Shown: piece by piece, positions 35,214 to 42,842 of the stretch
Layout: the number at the start of each line of letters is the position of its first letter
Position numbering within the stretch: the first letter of the stretch is position 1
Source: Acidimicrobiia bacterium
GTDB taxonomy: Bacteria > Actinomycetota > Acidimicrobiia > IMCC26256 > JACPCJ01
Direction of reading: 5' to 3'
NCBI GenBank assembly: GCA_035293045.1
Contig: DATDOY010000248.1
Location: forward strand, 1 to 42,842
Length of the DNA stretch: 42,842 nt
Notes under the pieces: model-generated
The model's input: the letters and a program-made list of their open reading frames with translations, nothing else
The model's database searches: none
What the model was told of the DNA's origin: nothing
Made by a program: the position numbers and the translations under genes

Positions 35214-35975
35214 GTGAAGCGCCTGGTTCTCGCCCTCATCACGGTGGCCGCCCTCACCCTCGGACTCGGTACCCGACCTGCGCACGCCCAGGCACCGACG
35301 GCGGCGGCGGAGATCGAGGCGCAGTTCGTCGAGGCCATCAACGGCCTCCGCCTCCAGCAAGGCGTGGCGTCTCTGACGTGGGACGAGACGCTGGCGGCCA
35401 AGGCTCGATCGTGGTCGACGGTGATGGCCTCGGAGGGCGGGATCCGCCACTCGCGCCTCGAGGATGGCATCGACGTCCCGTGGAGCCGGCTTGGCGAGAA
35501 CGTCGGGATGGGCGGGTCGGTGACCAGCCTCCACGATGCCTTCGTCGCGTCCCCGAGCCACTACGAGAACCTGATCGACCCCGGCTTTGACGCTCTCGCC
35601 ATCGGCGTCACGGTGGCCGCAGACGGCACGATTTACGTGGCGCAGGAGTTCATGGAACGACCGGATGCCCCCGTGGCCCTGGGTCCCGAGCAGCCTGAGG
35701 GCACGACCGGCGTGTCACTTACGACGACGGCCCCCGCTGCGCCCGTCGTCGAGGGGGCCGTGGGGCAGCGCGCCCCGGAGCCCTCTCCGGCGTCACCACC
35801 CGCATCTGGCGTGCGAGTCCGCGACGCGGCTCGTCCCGCCGCGACGGAACTCGCGGTGGCTTCGCCCGGGATGACCGCTCGACTCATGGTCGGCTTCCTC
35901 GGGATCCTGACCGTCGGGAGCGTGCTGACCCTCGTGCATCGTCCCCGCCGGGCCTCCTCCTCATCCTCCTCCTGA
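35214..35975 (+). CDS. CAP (SCP/PR-1-like) domain protein with signal peptide and C-terminal membrane anchor
   Basis: GTG at 35214 comes directly after an in-frame TAG. Signal peptide MKRLVLALITVAALTLGLGTRPAHA. CAP motifs IRHSRLEDG, GENVGMG and SPSHYENLIDP. A Pro/Ala-rich linker, then TM LMVGFLGILTVGSVLTLV and an RPRRASSSSSS tail. Confidence 0.8.
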   Translation: MKRLVLALITVAALTLGLGTRPAHAQAPTAAAEIEAQFVEAINGLRLQQGVASLTWDETLAAKARSWSTVMASEGGIRHSRLEDGIDVPWSRLGENVGMGGSVTSLHDAFVASPSHYENLIDPGFDALAIGVTVAADGTIYVAQEFMERPDAPVALGPEQPEGTTGVSLTTTAPAAPVVEGAVGQRAPEPSPASPPASGVRVRDAARPAATELAVASPGMTARLMVGFLGILTVGSVLTLVHRPRRASSSSSS

Positions 35976-35976
35976 C

Positions 35977-35998
35977 GCGCCGGCACCTGCGCCGGCGC
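35977..35998 (+). terminator. GC hairpin immediately after the CAP-domain gene
   Basis: GCGCCGGC-ACCTGC-GCCGGCGC, an 8-bp stem, 1 nt after the stop. No T tract. Confidence 0.4.
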
Positions 35999-36128
35999 CT
36001 GCGCCGGCCCTCGTCCTGGAGGCGCGAGGATCGTCCCCTCCGGGCGCTTCGGTCCCGTGCACACAGCTGGAGGTCGCCGTCTCGCGAGGTGCGTCTGTGG
36101 CTGATGTCGCTGGTGTTACGGTTGTGAC

Positions 36129-38543
36129 ATGGCGACCAAGGCGTCCTCACGCGCCCGATCCACCCGGAAAGGGACGGCCCGAACGTCCGCCCGCCGGTCG
36201 GTCGGGGCCAAGGCTCTCGACCAGGTGGGCAAGCATTTCGGCGAGCGCGCCGAGGAGCTGTCCGGCTTCGCGCTCGTGGTCCTCGCCGTGCTCGCGGCGT
36301 TCGGGCTGTGGGGCGACGTCGCCGCCGGACCGTTCGGCGAGGCGATCGACCGGGCGGCGCGCACGGCGATGGGCCCGGCCGCGAACGCGCTGCCACCGCT
36401 CCTCGCCGTGGTCGGAGCGGCCCTGCTCCTCGGGCTTCCCAAGGGGGAGCCCCTCCGGGTGGCGGTCGGAGCGATCTTTCTTGCCGTCGGCGGCATGGGT
36501 CTCTTGCACGTGGCGCGGACGGGAAGCGAGATGGGTTTTGGCCTGTCGGACACCGAGGCCCTGCGCAGCGTGGCCGGCGTCGGCGGCGCCGCGATCGGAG
36601 AGCCCCTCCAGCGCGGCCTCGGCGGGTGGGGCAGCGCGGTCGTGCTCGGCGCCGTGTCGCTGCTCGGCGTGCTGCTCGCCGCCAACCTTTCGCTCCGCGA
36701 CTCACTGATGGCCCTGGGGGCAGGCGGCCGCTGGGTCTGGGACCGGCTGCTCGGCATCGGGCGCCTGCCCGAGTCCGAGGACGACGGCACCGACGACGCG
36801 GCCACGACGCGTCCGGCTCGTGCCACGGTCATCGACCTCGCCGAGGACGCCGAGGGACGATCGGTGGATCTCGACGACATCCAGGACGCCGAGATCGTCG
36901 ACGAGACCGTCGCTGAGGATGACGTCGATCACGACGGGGGCGCGCGCGAGCCCGTGGTGCACGCCGAAGTGCACGTGCCCGACGACGTGCCGACGGGCGA
37001 GCAGTTGGCCCTCATTGAAGGATCAGCCGTGGCGTGGAAGCTGCCGCCGCTGAAGCTGCTTCATGCCGGCAAGGTCCGCCCAATCGATCGCGGCGCGGTG
37101 GAGGACGGCGGCCGCGTGCTCGAGGCGACGCTCCGCGACTTCGGGGTCGAGGCGTCGGTGACGGGCATGACGATCGGCCCGACGGTGACTCGCTACGAGG
37201 TGGAGCTCGCTCCCGGCGTCAAGGTGAATCGGGTGACGAGCCTCTCGAAGGACATCGCCTACGCGATGGCGAGCCCCGACGTGCGCATCCTGGCCCCGAT
37301 CCCGGGGAAGAGCGCGATCGGCGTCGAGGTGCCGAACCGCCAGCGCCAGCTGGTTGCCCTCGGAGACCTGATGGGGAGCGCCGAGGCCCGCGAGATGTCG
37401 CACCCACTCGAAGTGATCCTCGGCCGCGACATCTCGGGGAAGCCCCACCGCGTGAACCTGGCCGAGATGCCGCATCTGTTGATCGCCGGCGCGACGGGCG
37501 CCGGCAAGAGCTCGTGCATCAACTCCTTGATCACGGGGCTCGCCATGCGCAACACGCCCGAGCAGCTCCGGCTCATCCTGGTCGACCCCAAGCGGGTGGA
37601 GCTCGGCGCTTACAACGACCTTCCGCACCTCCTCTCGCCCGTGGTGGTCGACCCCAAGAAGGCGGCCAACGCGCTGGCGTGGGCGGTCCGCGAGATGGAA
37701 CGGCGCTACGAGATCCTCGCCCACCACGGGTGCCGCGACATCACGGGGTATCAGGCCGCCATCGCCAAGGGCGAGATCAACGGCACCCGGGTTGTGAGCA
37801 GCGATCCCGACAAGGCCGTCGAGACCAAGCCGCCCGAGCACCTGCCGTTCATGCTGATCGTGGTCGACGAGCTGAACGACCTGATGATGGTCGCCGCCCG
37901 AGATGTGGAGGCGAGCATCTGCCGGATCGCCCAGATGGCGCGTGCGGTGGGAATCCACCTCATCGTGGCGACGCAGCGCCCGTCGGTCGACGTGATCACG
38001 GGCGTGATCAAGGCCAACATTCCGAGTCGGCTCGCCTTCTCGGTGTCGTCGCTCGCCGACTCGCGGGTGATCCTCGACGCCGCGGGGGCCGAGAAGCTCA
38101 TCGGCCAGGGGGACATGCTCATGCTCGGTGGATCGTCGAGCCGCGTGCACCGGATCCAGGGTGCGTGGGTCGAGGAGTCGGAGGTCCGCAAGGTGGTGGC
38201 CCACTGGAAGAAGCAGGCCGAGGAGCCGGACTACGTGCACGACATCGGCGACGACGGCAACGTCGCCCATGTGCTCACCCACTCCGGCGGCGGCGGCGGT
38301 GGGACCGACGAGGGTGACGACGAGAGCCTGGTGCGGGAGGCGATGGAGCTCGTCGTCCGCACCCAGCTCGGTTCGACGAGCATGCTCCAGCGCAAGCTGC
38401 GGATCGGGTTCGCCCGGGCCGGGCGGGTGATGGACATCCTCGAGGAGCGCGGCGTGGTGGGGCCGTCGCTCGGGTCGAAGGCCCGAGACGTCCTCATGGC
38501 CAAGGACGAGCTCGAAGACCTTTCGGCCCGCTCCGACTCCTGA
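36129..38543 (+). CDS. ftsK: DNA translocase FtsK
   Basis: 804 aa. N-terminal TM helices and a linker, then the motor domain with Walker A GATGAGKSS and Walker B LIVVDELN. C-terminal gamma winged-helix LGSTSMLQRKLRIGFARAGRVMDILEERGVV. Confidence 0.95.
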   Translation: MATKASSRARSTRKGTARTSARRSVGAKALDQVGKHFGERAEELSGFALVVLAVLAAFGLWGDVAAGPFGEAIDRAARTAMGPAANALPPLLAVVGAALLLGLPKGEPLRVAVGAIFLAVGGMGLLHVARTGSEMGFGLSDTEALRSVAGVGGAAIGEPLQRGLGGWGSAVVLGAVSLLGVLLAANLSLRDSLMALGAGGRWVWDRLLGIGRLPESEDDGTDDAATTRPARATVIDLAEDAEGRSVDLDDIQDAEIVDETVAEDDVDHDGGAREPVVHAEVHVPDDVPTGEQLALIEGSAVAWKLPPLKLLHAGKVRPIDRGAVEDGGRVLEATLRDFGVEASVTGMTIGPTVTRYEVELAPGVKVNRVTSLSKDIAYAMASPDVRILAPIPGKSAIGVEVPNRQRQLVALGDLMGSAEAREMSHPLEVILGRDISGKPHRVNLAEMPHLLIAGATGAGKSSCINSLITGLAMRNTPEQLRLILVDPKRVELGAYNDLPHLLSPVVVDPKKAANALAWAVREMERRYEILAHHGCRDITGYQAAIAKGEINGTRVVSSDPDKAVETKPPEHLPFMLIVVDELNDLMMVAARDVEASICRIAQMARAVGIHLIVATQRPSVDVITGVIKANIPSRLAFSVSSLADSRVILDAAGAEKLIGQGDMLMLGGSSSRVHRIQGAWVEESEVRKVVAHWKKQAEEPDYVHDIGDDGNVAHVLTHSGGGGGGTDEGDDESLVREAMELVVRTQLGSTSMLQRKLRIGFARAGRVMDILEERGVVGPSLGSKARDVLMAKDELEDLSARSDS

Positions 38544-38581
38544 GTTCCCCCGCCGTTCGGCGGCGGGGTCTGGGAACGCGA

Positions 38582-38611
38582 AGAGGGGGCGGCCCGAAGG
38601 CCGCCCCCTCT
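38582..38611. terminator. 13-bp perfect hairpin between convergent ftsK and a small membrane-protein gene
   Basis: AGAGGGGGCGGCC-CGAA-GGCCGCCCCCTCT. It is preceded by a second hairpin, CCCCGCCG-TTCGG-CGGCGGGG (38547-38567). Confidence 0.7.
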
Positions 38612-38686
38612 GCTCTGCTCCCTTGGGGCTTGGCTCGCCTCGATCCGACAGGAAGCGAACCGGCGGGGGAGCGAAGTCGAGCGGTG

Positions 38687-39013
38687 TTATGCCGCCCGGC
38701 GGATGTGGTCGTGGCGGTGAAGCGTCTCGTCGTCTTCCGCCTTCCCTGTGGTGAGGTACCCGAAGGTGGCCCTCCACGGGGTGGTCATGCCGGCCACGGT
38801 GAGGCCCGTCATGATCCTGGCGACGTCGGCGTTGTCAACGCTGACACCCCAGCTCCCGAACATGGAGTAGTCGAGGAGGTAGACGCCGAGAACGGCGAGA
38901 ACCACGGTCGCTACTCCCTTGAACCGGTCGAGCCCGCCGAACATGTCGTCGAGGACATCGACGAGCTTGATGGTCGCAAGCGCAAGGAGCGCAACGATGG
39001 CGAAGGTGTACAT
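38687..39013 (-). CDS. small hypothetical membrane protein (2-3 hydrophobic helices)
   Basis: 108 aa. A strong AAGGAGGG Shine-Dalgarno lies 4 nt upstream of the ATG. MYTFAIVALLALATIKLV..., GVATVVLAVLGVYLL..., IMTGLTVAGMTT, then a charged tail. I recognise no family. Confidence 0.65.
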   Translation of the reverse strand: MYTFAIVALLALATIKLVDVLDDMFGGLDRFKGVATVVLAVLGVYLLDYSMFGSWGVSVDNADVARIMTGLTVAGMTTPWRATFGYLTTGKAEDDETLHRHDHIRRAA

Positions 39014-39349
39014 ACGCCCTCCTTAGGGGGGTTGTCCCTCTGCCTTGTGGGCCGAGGATCTGTGCCCGGTCCGAGAACCGGACTCCGGCGCCTTTGTGGG
39101 GCTCCGGCCGCACCGACCCGAATGGGTTGGCGTGGGCTTGGACTCCGCGCTGGCGGCGGAGGTGACATCGCGGGCCGCTGTCGCCGTGAGAATGCCGGTG
39201 CCCGACTGGAAGGAACTGGGTGGTCATGCCTGAAATCCACCACCCCACGCAGAGGGGCGCTTATGGTGAACCCGTTCAGAGGCATGGCACGGTGCCGTGC
39301 CGCACAAATCGCTCGGGCGCTGCCTGGAGCGAATGGGAGGTCAGACACC

Positions 39350-39502
39350 GTGGCCCAGTACGAGGGGTACTGCGTGAAGTGCCGTGAGAAGCGGACGTTC
39401 GAGGGTCAGGTCGTGGAACTCAAGAACGGCCGCAAGGCTGCACAGGGCGCCTGCCCGGTGTGCAGCACCAAGATGAACCGCATCCTGGGCAAGAACGCGT
39501 AG
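39350..39502 (+). CDS. small zinc-ribbon protein (DUF5679-like)
   Basis: C-terminal part of ORF 38630..39502. GTG at 39350 is preceded by GGGAGG. VAQYEGYCVKCREKRTFEGQVVELKNGRKAAQGACPVCSTKMNRILGK has CxxC...CxxC. An alternative in-frame ATG at 39263 (GAGGGG upstream) would add 29 residues. Confidence 0.65.
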   Translation: MAQYEGYCVKCREKRTFEGQVVELKNGRKAAQGACPVCSTKMNRILGKNA

Positions 39503-39514
39503 CTGCTCCAGGCT

Positions 39515-39540
39515 GGGCCCGGTCCTTGGGGGCCGGGCCC
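39515..39540. terminator. GC hairpin between convergent small genes
   Basis: GGGCCCGGTCC-TTGG-GGGCCGGGCCC, an 11-bp stem including one G-U pair, 12 nt after the DUF5679-like gene stop. Confidence 0.55.
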
Positions 39541-39589
39541 GTCTGTGGTGGTCGCGGGGTGTGGGTGACGCGGCCGCCGGGTTGCTGGC

Positions 39590-40084
39590 TCAGGCGCCAC
39601 GATCGACGGGATCGACGCCGATCTGGCGGAGCTCGTCGAGCAGCACGCCGATTTCGGTCAGGCGTGTTTCGATCCGATCCACGTACGACTCCGGCGTGCC
39701 GGCGGGCATCTCGTCGTCGACCGGCAGCTCGCGCAGGACGGCATCGGCGAAGTCGAGCTGCCCTTCAGGCACCGCGACCACCGCCAGCCCACCTCGCCGA
39801 GGGTCGCTCCACAGCGTCGACACCTCGACGTCGGCGTCCACGAGCCGGCGCACGATCATCGCTGTCGCGAGCAGCGGCCAGGCGCCCAACTCGGCGTAGC
39901 CGCTTGGGAGGCCTTCGGCGGCGTACTCCGGTTGGGTGGCCCGCTCGTCGCGCGGTCCGGCGACGAGGGCGACCCGGCAGTCGGAGCACACCACCGACCC
40001 GGCCACGTACTCATCGCCGCAACTCGGACAGTGCAGGGTCGAAGCGCTCATGGCCGCCGAGTCTACGAGGCGCCCTTCGGCCAT
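39590..40084 (-). CDS. hypothetical protein: N-terminal zinc ribbon plus DUF2007-like (PII-fold-like) domain
   Basis: 164 aa (153 aa if it starts at ATG 40051). HCPSCGDEYVAGSVVCSDCRV has CxxC...CxxC. Then AWPLLATAMIVRRLVDADVEV...LAVVAVPEGQLDFADAVLREL resembles the DUF2007 pattern. The family call is made by eye only. Confidence 0.55.
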   Translation of the reverse strand: MAEGRLVDSAAMSASTLHCPSCGDEYVAGSVVCSDCRVALVAGPRDERATQPEYAAEGLPSGYAELGAWPLLATAMIVRRLVDADVEVSTLWSDPRRGGLAVVAVPEGQLDFADAVLRELPVDDEMPAGTPESYVDRIETRLTEIGVLLDELRQIGVDPVDRGA

Positions 40085-40131
40085 GTTCCCCGCTCTGAAG
40101 GCCGCCGCGGCCGGGCCGGTAACCTTCGTCT

Positions 40132-41484
40132 GTGCCCACCTTCTACCTGACGACCCTCGGCTGCCCGAAGAACGCCGTGGATTCGGAGAAGCTGGCCGCG
40201 TCGCTCCTCGCCGACGGTGTCGAAGCCACCGATGCGATCGAGGACGCCGACCTCGTGGTGCTCAACACCTGTGCGTTCGTGGAGGCGGCGAGGCAGGAGT
40301 CCATCGACACGGCGCTCGCCCTCGCCGACGCTCGGCGTCCCGGCGCCCGCCTCGTGCTCACCGGATGCATGGCCGAGCGCTACGGGCAGGAGCTGGCCGA
40401 GGCGCTTCCCGAGGCGGACGCTGTCGTCGGGTTCGCGGGCGAGGCGTCGCTCGCTCCCATGTTCTTCGCCGAGGCGTCGGCCGAGGTGGCCGTGGCGGCG
40501 CCCAAGCGCAAGCCCGTCGGCGTGGCCGACCTGCTTGACCTCCCACGGCGCGCCCCCCGCCATCCCTGGGCCTACCTCAAGGTCGCGGAGGGGTGCGATC
40601 GCACGTGCGCCTTCTGCGCCATTCCGCACTTCCGCGGGAAGCAGGTATCCCGCAGTCCCGAGAACGTCGAGAGCGAGGCGGCGTCGCTCGTTGAGCAGGG
40701 CGTGGTCGAGCTCGTCCTTGTCGCCCAGGACGTCGCCAGCTACGGCCGCGACGTGGGCGCGGCAGGCTCGCTGGCGCCCCTCATGCGGCGGCTCGACCGC
40801 CTCGGAGATCAGGGCTTGGCCCGGCAGCGCCTCCTGTATCTCTACCCGTCTGAGGTGCGCGGCGATTTGCTCGACACCATGTGCGAGTTGGAGACGACCG
40901 TCCCCTACTTCGACTTTTCACTCCAGCACGCCTCCGGGCCGCTGATCCGGCGCATGAAGCGGTGGGGGAGCGGCGAGAAGTTTCTCGCGATGATCGAAGC
41001 CATTCGATCCCGCCGGCCGGAGGCGGCGTTCCGATCGAGCTTCATCGTGGGCTTCCCGGGGGAAACTGAGGACGATCACGACCGGCTGCTGGCGTTCCTC
41101 GAGGAGGCGGAGCTGGACTGGGGCGGGTTCTTCGCCTTCTCTCGCGAGGACGCCACCGCAGCGGCGGCCATGGCCGACGAGATCGGCGCCCCGTCGGCCG
41201 ATCTGGTCTCGCAGCGCATCTCCGAACTGACGGCGGTGCAGGACCGCATCACCCAGGCGCGTCGCCATGACCTCGTGGGCGCGACGGTCGACGTGCTGGT
41301 CGACGAGGTGTCGCGGGAACGAGCGGTCGGGCGCACGCACCGTGAGGCGCCCGAAATCGACGGCGTCGTCGAGATGGCTCCGGACCCCAGGCTCACGCCG
41401 GGCGTGATCGTGCCCGCGGTCGTGACGGCGGTGACGGGCCCGGACGTGGAGGCGGCGCCGGTGCCCCGAGCCAGGGCGTCGTGA
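40132..41484 (+). CDS. rimO: ribosomal protein S12 methylthiotransferase
   Basis: 450 aa. MTTase N-domain YLTTLGCPKNAVDSE...NTCAF, radical-SAM motif CDRTCAFCAIP, and a C-terminal TRAM domain. Confidence 0.92.
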   Translation: MPTFYLTTLGCPKNAVDSEKLAASLLADGVEATDAIEDADLVVLNTCAFVEAARQESIDTALALADARRPGARLVLTGCMAERYGQELAEALPEADAVVGFAGEASLAPMFFAEASAEVAVAAPKRKPVGVADLLDLPRRAPRHPWAYLKVAEGCDRTCAFCAIPHFRGKQVSRSPENVESEAASLVEQGVVELVLVAQDVASYGRDVGAAGSLAPLMRRLDRLGDQGLARQRLLYLYPSEVRGDLLDTMCELETTVPYFDFSLQHASGPLIRRMKRWGSGEKFLAMIEAIRSRRPEAAFRSSFIVGFPGETEDDHDRLLAFLEEAELDWGGFFAFSREDATAAAAMADEIGAPSADLVSQRISELTAVQDRITQARRHDLVGATVDVLVDEVSRERAVGRTHREAPEIDGVVEMAPDPRLTPGVIVPAVVTAVTGPDVEAAPVPRARAS

Positions 41485-42137
41485 CGGCCCCGCTCAGCGC
41501 GCCGCCGCCGGATCCGGGTGACCCGCAGGCGCAGTCCGGAGGGGCAGGGGAGTTCGGGGTGAGGTCCGTCAAGCCGCGGTTCGGACCGAGCGCCCTCGCC
41601 ACGACCGCCAACATCATCACCCTCGCTCGATTGGTGCTCGGCGTGCCCTTCCTCGTGTTCGTCGCCGCGGCGGGCCCGTCGTGGCCCGCGTTGGGCGGTT
41701 GGGTCGTCCTCTCGATGTCCGACTGGTACGACGGCGTGCTGGCCCGCCGCGAAGGCGTGACCCGGTCGGGCGCGTTCCTCGATCCGCTCGCCGACAAGGT
41801 GATCACGACGGGCGGCTTCGTGGCGCTGGCGATCGACGGCGTGTATCACTGGGCTCCGGTCGCGCTGATCGGCGTTCGCGAAGTGTTGGTCTCGGTCCAC
41901 CGCACCCTCCTCGGCCGGAGAGGGGTGTCGGTTCCCGCCCGTCCACTCGGCAAATACAAGACGGTCGTCCAGCTCGTCACCGTGGGTTGGGCCCTGTTGC
42001 CGCTCACCAGTGATGTCGGCTGGCTCGTGCAGGGTTTCCTCGGGCTGGCGGTTGTCCTCACCCTCGTCTCGGGTTTCGACCTGCTCGTCAAGGGCGCGGC
42101 CCGTCACGCCGAGGCGATCCGGGAGGCGGAAGGGTGA
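41481..42137 (+). CDS. pgsA: CDP-diacylglycerol--glycerol-3-phosphate 3-phosphatidyltransferase
   Basis: 218 aa. CDP-alcohol phosphatidyltransferase motif DWYDGVLARR...GAFLDPLADKV. Start GTG overlaps the rimO stop (GTGA). Confidence 0.9.
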   Translation: MTAPLSAPPPDPGDPQAQSGGAGEFGVRSVKPRFGPSALATTANIITLARLVLGVPFLVFVAAAGPSWPALGGWVVLSMSDWYDGVLARREGVTRSGAFLDPLADKVITTGGFVALAIDGVYHWAPVALIGVREVLVSVHRTLLGRRGVSVPARPLGKYKTVVQLVTVGWALLPLTSDVGWLVQGFLGLAVVLTLVSGFDLLVKGAARHAEAIREAEG

Positions 42138-42842
42138 GGTGCGACGTCCTCGCGGTCGGCACCGAACTCCTGTTGGGCCAGATCGTCGACACGAACAGCG
42201 CCTGGATCGGCGAGACCCTGGCTAAGGCCGGCGTGGAGACCTATCGGCACACGCGTGTCGGCGACAACCGCGAGCGCCTCGTCGACGCCATCCGTTCGAT
42301 GCTGGCGCAGACGGACGCACTGATCATCTGTGGCGGCTTGGGGCCGACGCCCGATGACCTCACCCGCGAGGCGCTCGCGGAGGTCATGGGCGTCCCGCTC
42401 GAGCGCGACCCGGAGATCGTCGAGTTCATCCGTGGGCTCTTCGGTTCGCGAGGCCGGGAGATGTCGGCCAACAACGAGCAGCAGGCCGACGTGCCGGTCG
42501 GGGCGAGGGTCATCCCGAACCCGATCGGGACGGCCCCCGGCCTGCTGTGCCCGATCGGCCACAAGGTGGTCTACGCGGTGCCCGGCGTGCCCTACGAGAT
42601 GCAGCTCTTGGTGAACGAAAGCGTGATCCCGGACCTGCTCGAGCGCTCGGGTGAGCAGGCGACGATTCGGTCGCGGACGCTCAAGACGTGGGGCGTCGCT
42701 GAGTCGACGCTCGCCGAGATGATCGGGGCGCGTGTCGACGTGCAGACCAACCCGACCATCGCCTTTCTGGCACGGGGGATCGAGGGCATCGGAGTGCGGA
42801 TCACCGCCAAGGCGGCGACCGAGGCGGAGGCCGCGAGCCTGC
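42134..42842 (+). CDS. cinA: CinA-family competence/damage-inducible protein (nicotinamide-nucleotide amidohydrolase type), 3' end outside window
   Basis: GTG at 42134 overlaps the pgsA stop (GTGA). VRCDVLAVGTELLLGQIVDTNSAWIGETLAKAGV...ICGGLGPTPDDLTREA. The frame stays open to the right edge, so it is absent from the ORF track. Confidence 0.85.
   Translation, partial: MRCDVLAVGTELLLGQIVDTNSAWIGETLAKAGVETYRHTRVGDNRERLVDAIRSMLAQTDALIICGGLGPTPDDLTREALAEVMGVPLERDPEIVEFIRGLFGSRGREMSANNEQQADVPVGARVIPNPIGTAPGLLCPIGHKVVYAVPGVPYEMQLLVNESVIPDLLERSGEQATIRSRTLKTWGVAESTLAEMIGARVDVQTNPTIAFLARGIEGIGVRITAKAATEAEAASL

Noticed and set aside
36088-36100. GTCTGTGGC 9-mer upstream of ftsK matching the repeat arm
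   Set aside because: A single 9-nt match is expected by chance in about 86 kb of two-strand sequence. There is no GCGCGTTA continuation and no inverted partner.
35884-36705. 273-aa extremely Arg-rich ORF on the minus strand, and 7941..8741 on the plus strand
   Set aside because: They are alternative frames of ftsK and infB. The repetitive RRRP composition comes from GC-rich codons read out of frame.
37023-38777. 584-aa ORF on the minus strand (also 8318..9970 and 6094..7458, minus strand)
   Set aside because: These are antisense to ftsK, infB and nusA respectively. None has a domain signature or a ribosome-binding site.
39195-39225. GGAAGGAA string reminiscent of the SRP RNA domain IV loop
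   Set aside because: There is no surrounding long hairpin with the symmetric and asymmetric loops, and no 5'/3' closing helix. It is probably a chance match.

Overview
Very GC-rich (about 70% by eye) window with an actinobacterial-type gene order, possibly Acidimicrobiia-like. It is mostly core housekeeping chromosome. Left to right: a ferritin-like gene fragment, a small membrane protein and an orphan receiver. Then sulfate assimilation (sirA-cysH) and an archaeal-type proS. Then the rimP-nusA-ylxR-infB operon, cut off from DUF503-rbfA-nrnA-truB-ribF by about 5 kb (APC-family permease, two TrkA/RCK genes, one membrane-anchored hypothetical). Then rpsO-pnp-pepR-dapB, followed by a small accessory block: two paralogous TetR genes, a diiron ferritin-like oxygenase and a LipJ-like hydrolase-cyclase. 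After RNase J comes a signalling block: DUF11-like secreted protein, sensor histidine kinase, pseudo-receiver HD-GYP protein, CheY-like receiver and CAP-domain protein. The window ends with ftsK, three small genes of unknown function, and rimO-pgsA-cinA. Many neighbouring genes overlap by 1-4 nt (GTGA/ATGA), which suggests translational coupling. I found no rRNA, tRNA, CRISPR array, transposase or integrase, and no recognisable defence-type gene cluster. The points worth a second look are all modest: (1) a 47-nt structured palindromic repeat in two inverted copies (23779-23825, 28749-28795) with one compensatory base-pair swap; (2) a canonical intrinsic terminator with no upstream gene, just ahead of rimP-nusA; (3) a structured rpsO-pnp leader whose last hairpin pairs the pnp Shine-Dalgarno; (4) a ~130-aa RGG/DR-repeat tail on PNPase; (5) an OB-fold domain fused to the permease next to the TrkA pair; (6) an HD-GYP protein whose receiver has Glu at the phospho-acceptor position and an exact 21-residue duplication in its linker; (7) operator-like repeats ahead of the diiron oxygenase gene. 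The many very long ORFs antisense to real genes are high-GC artefacts and were rejected.
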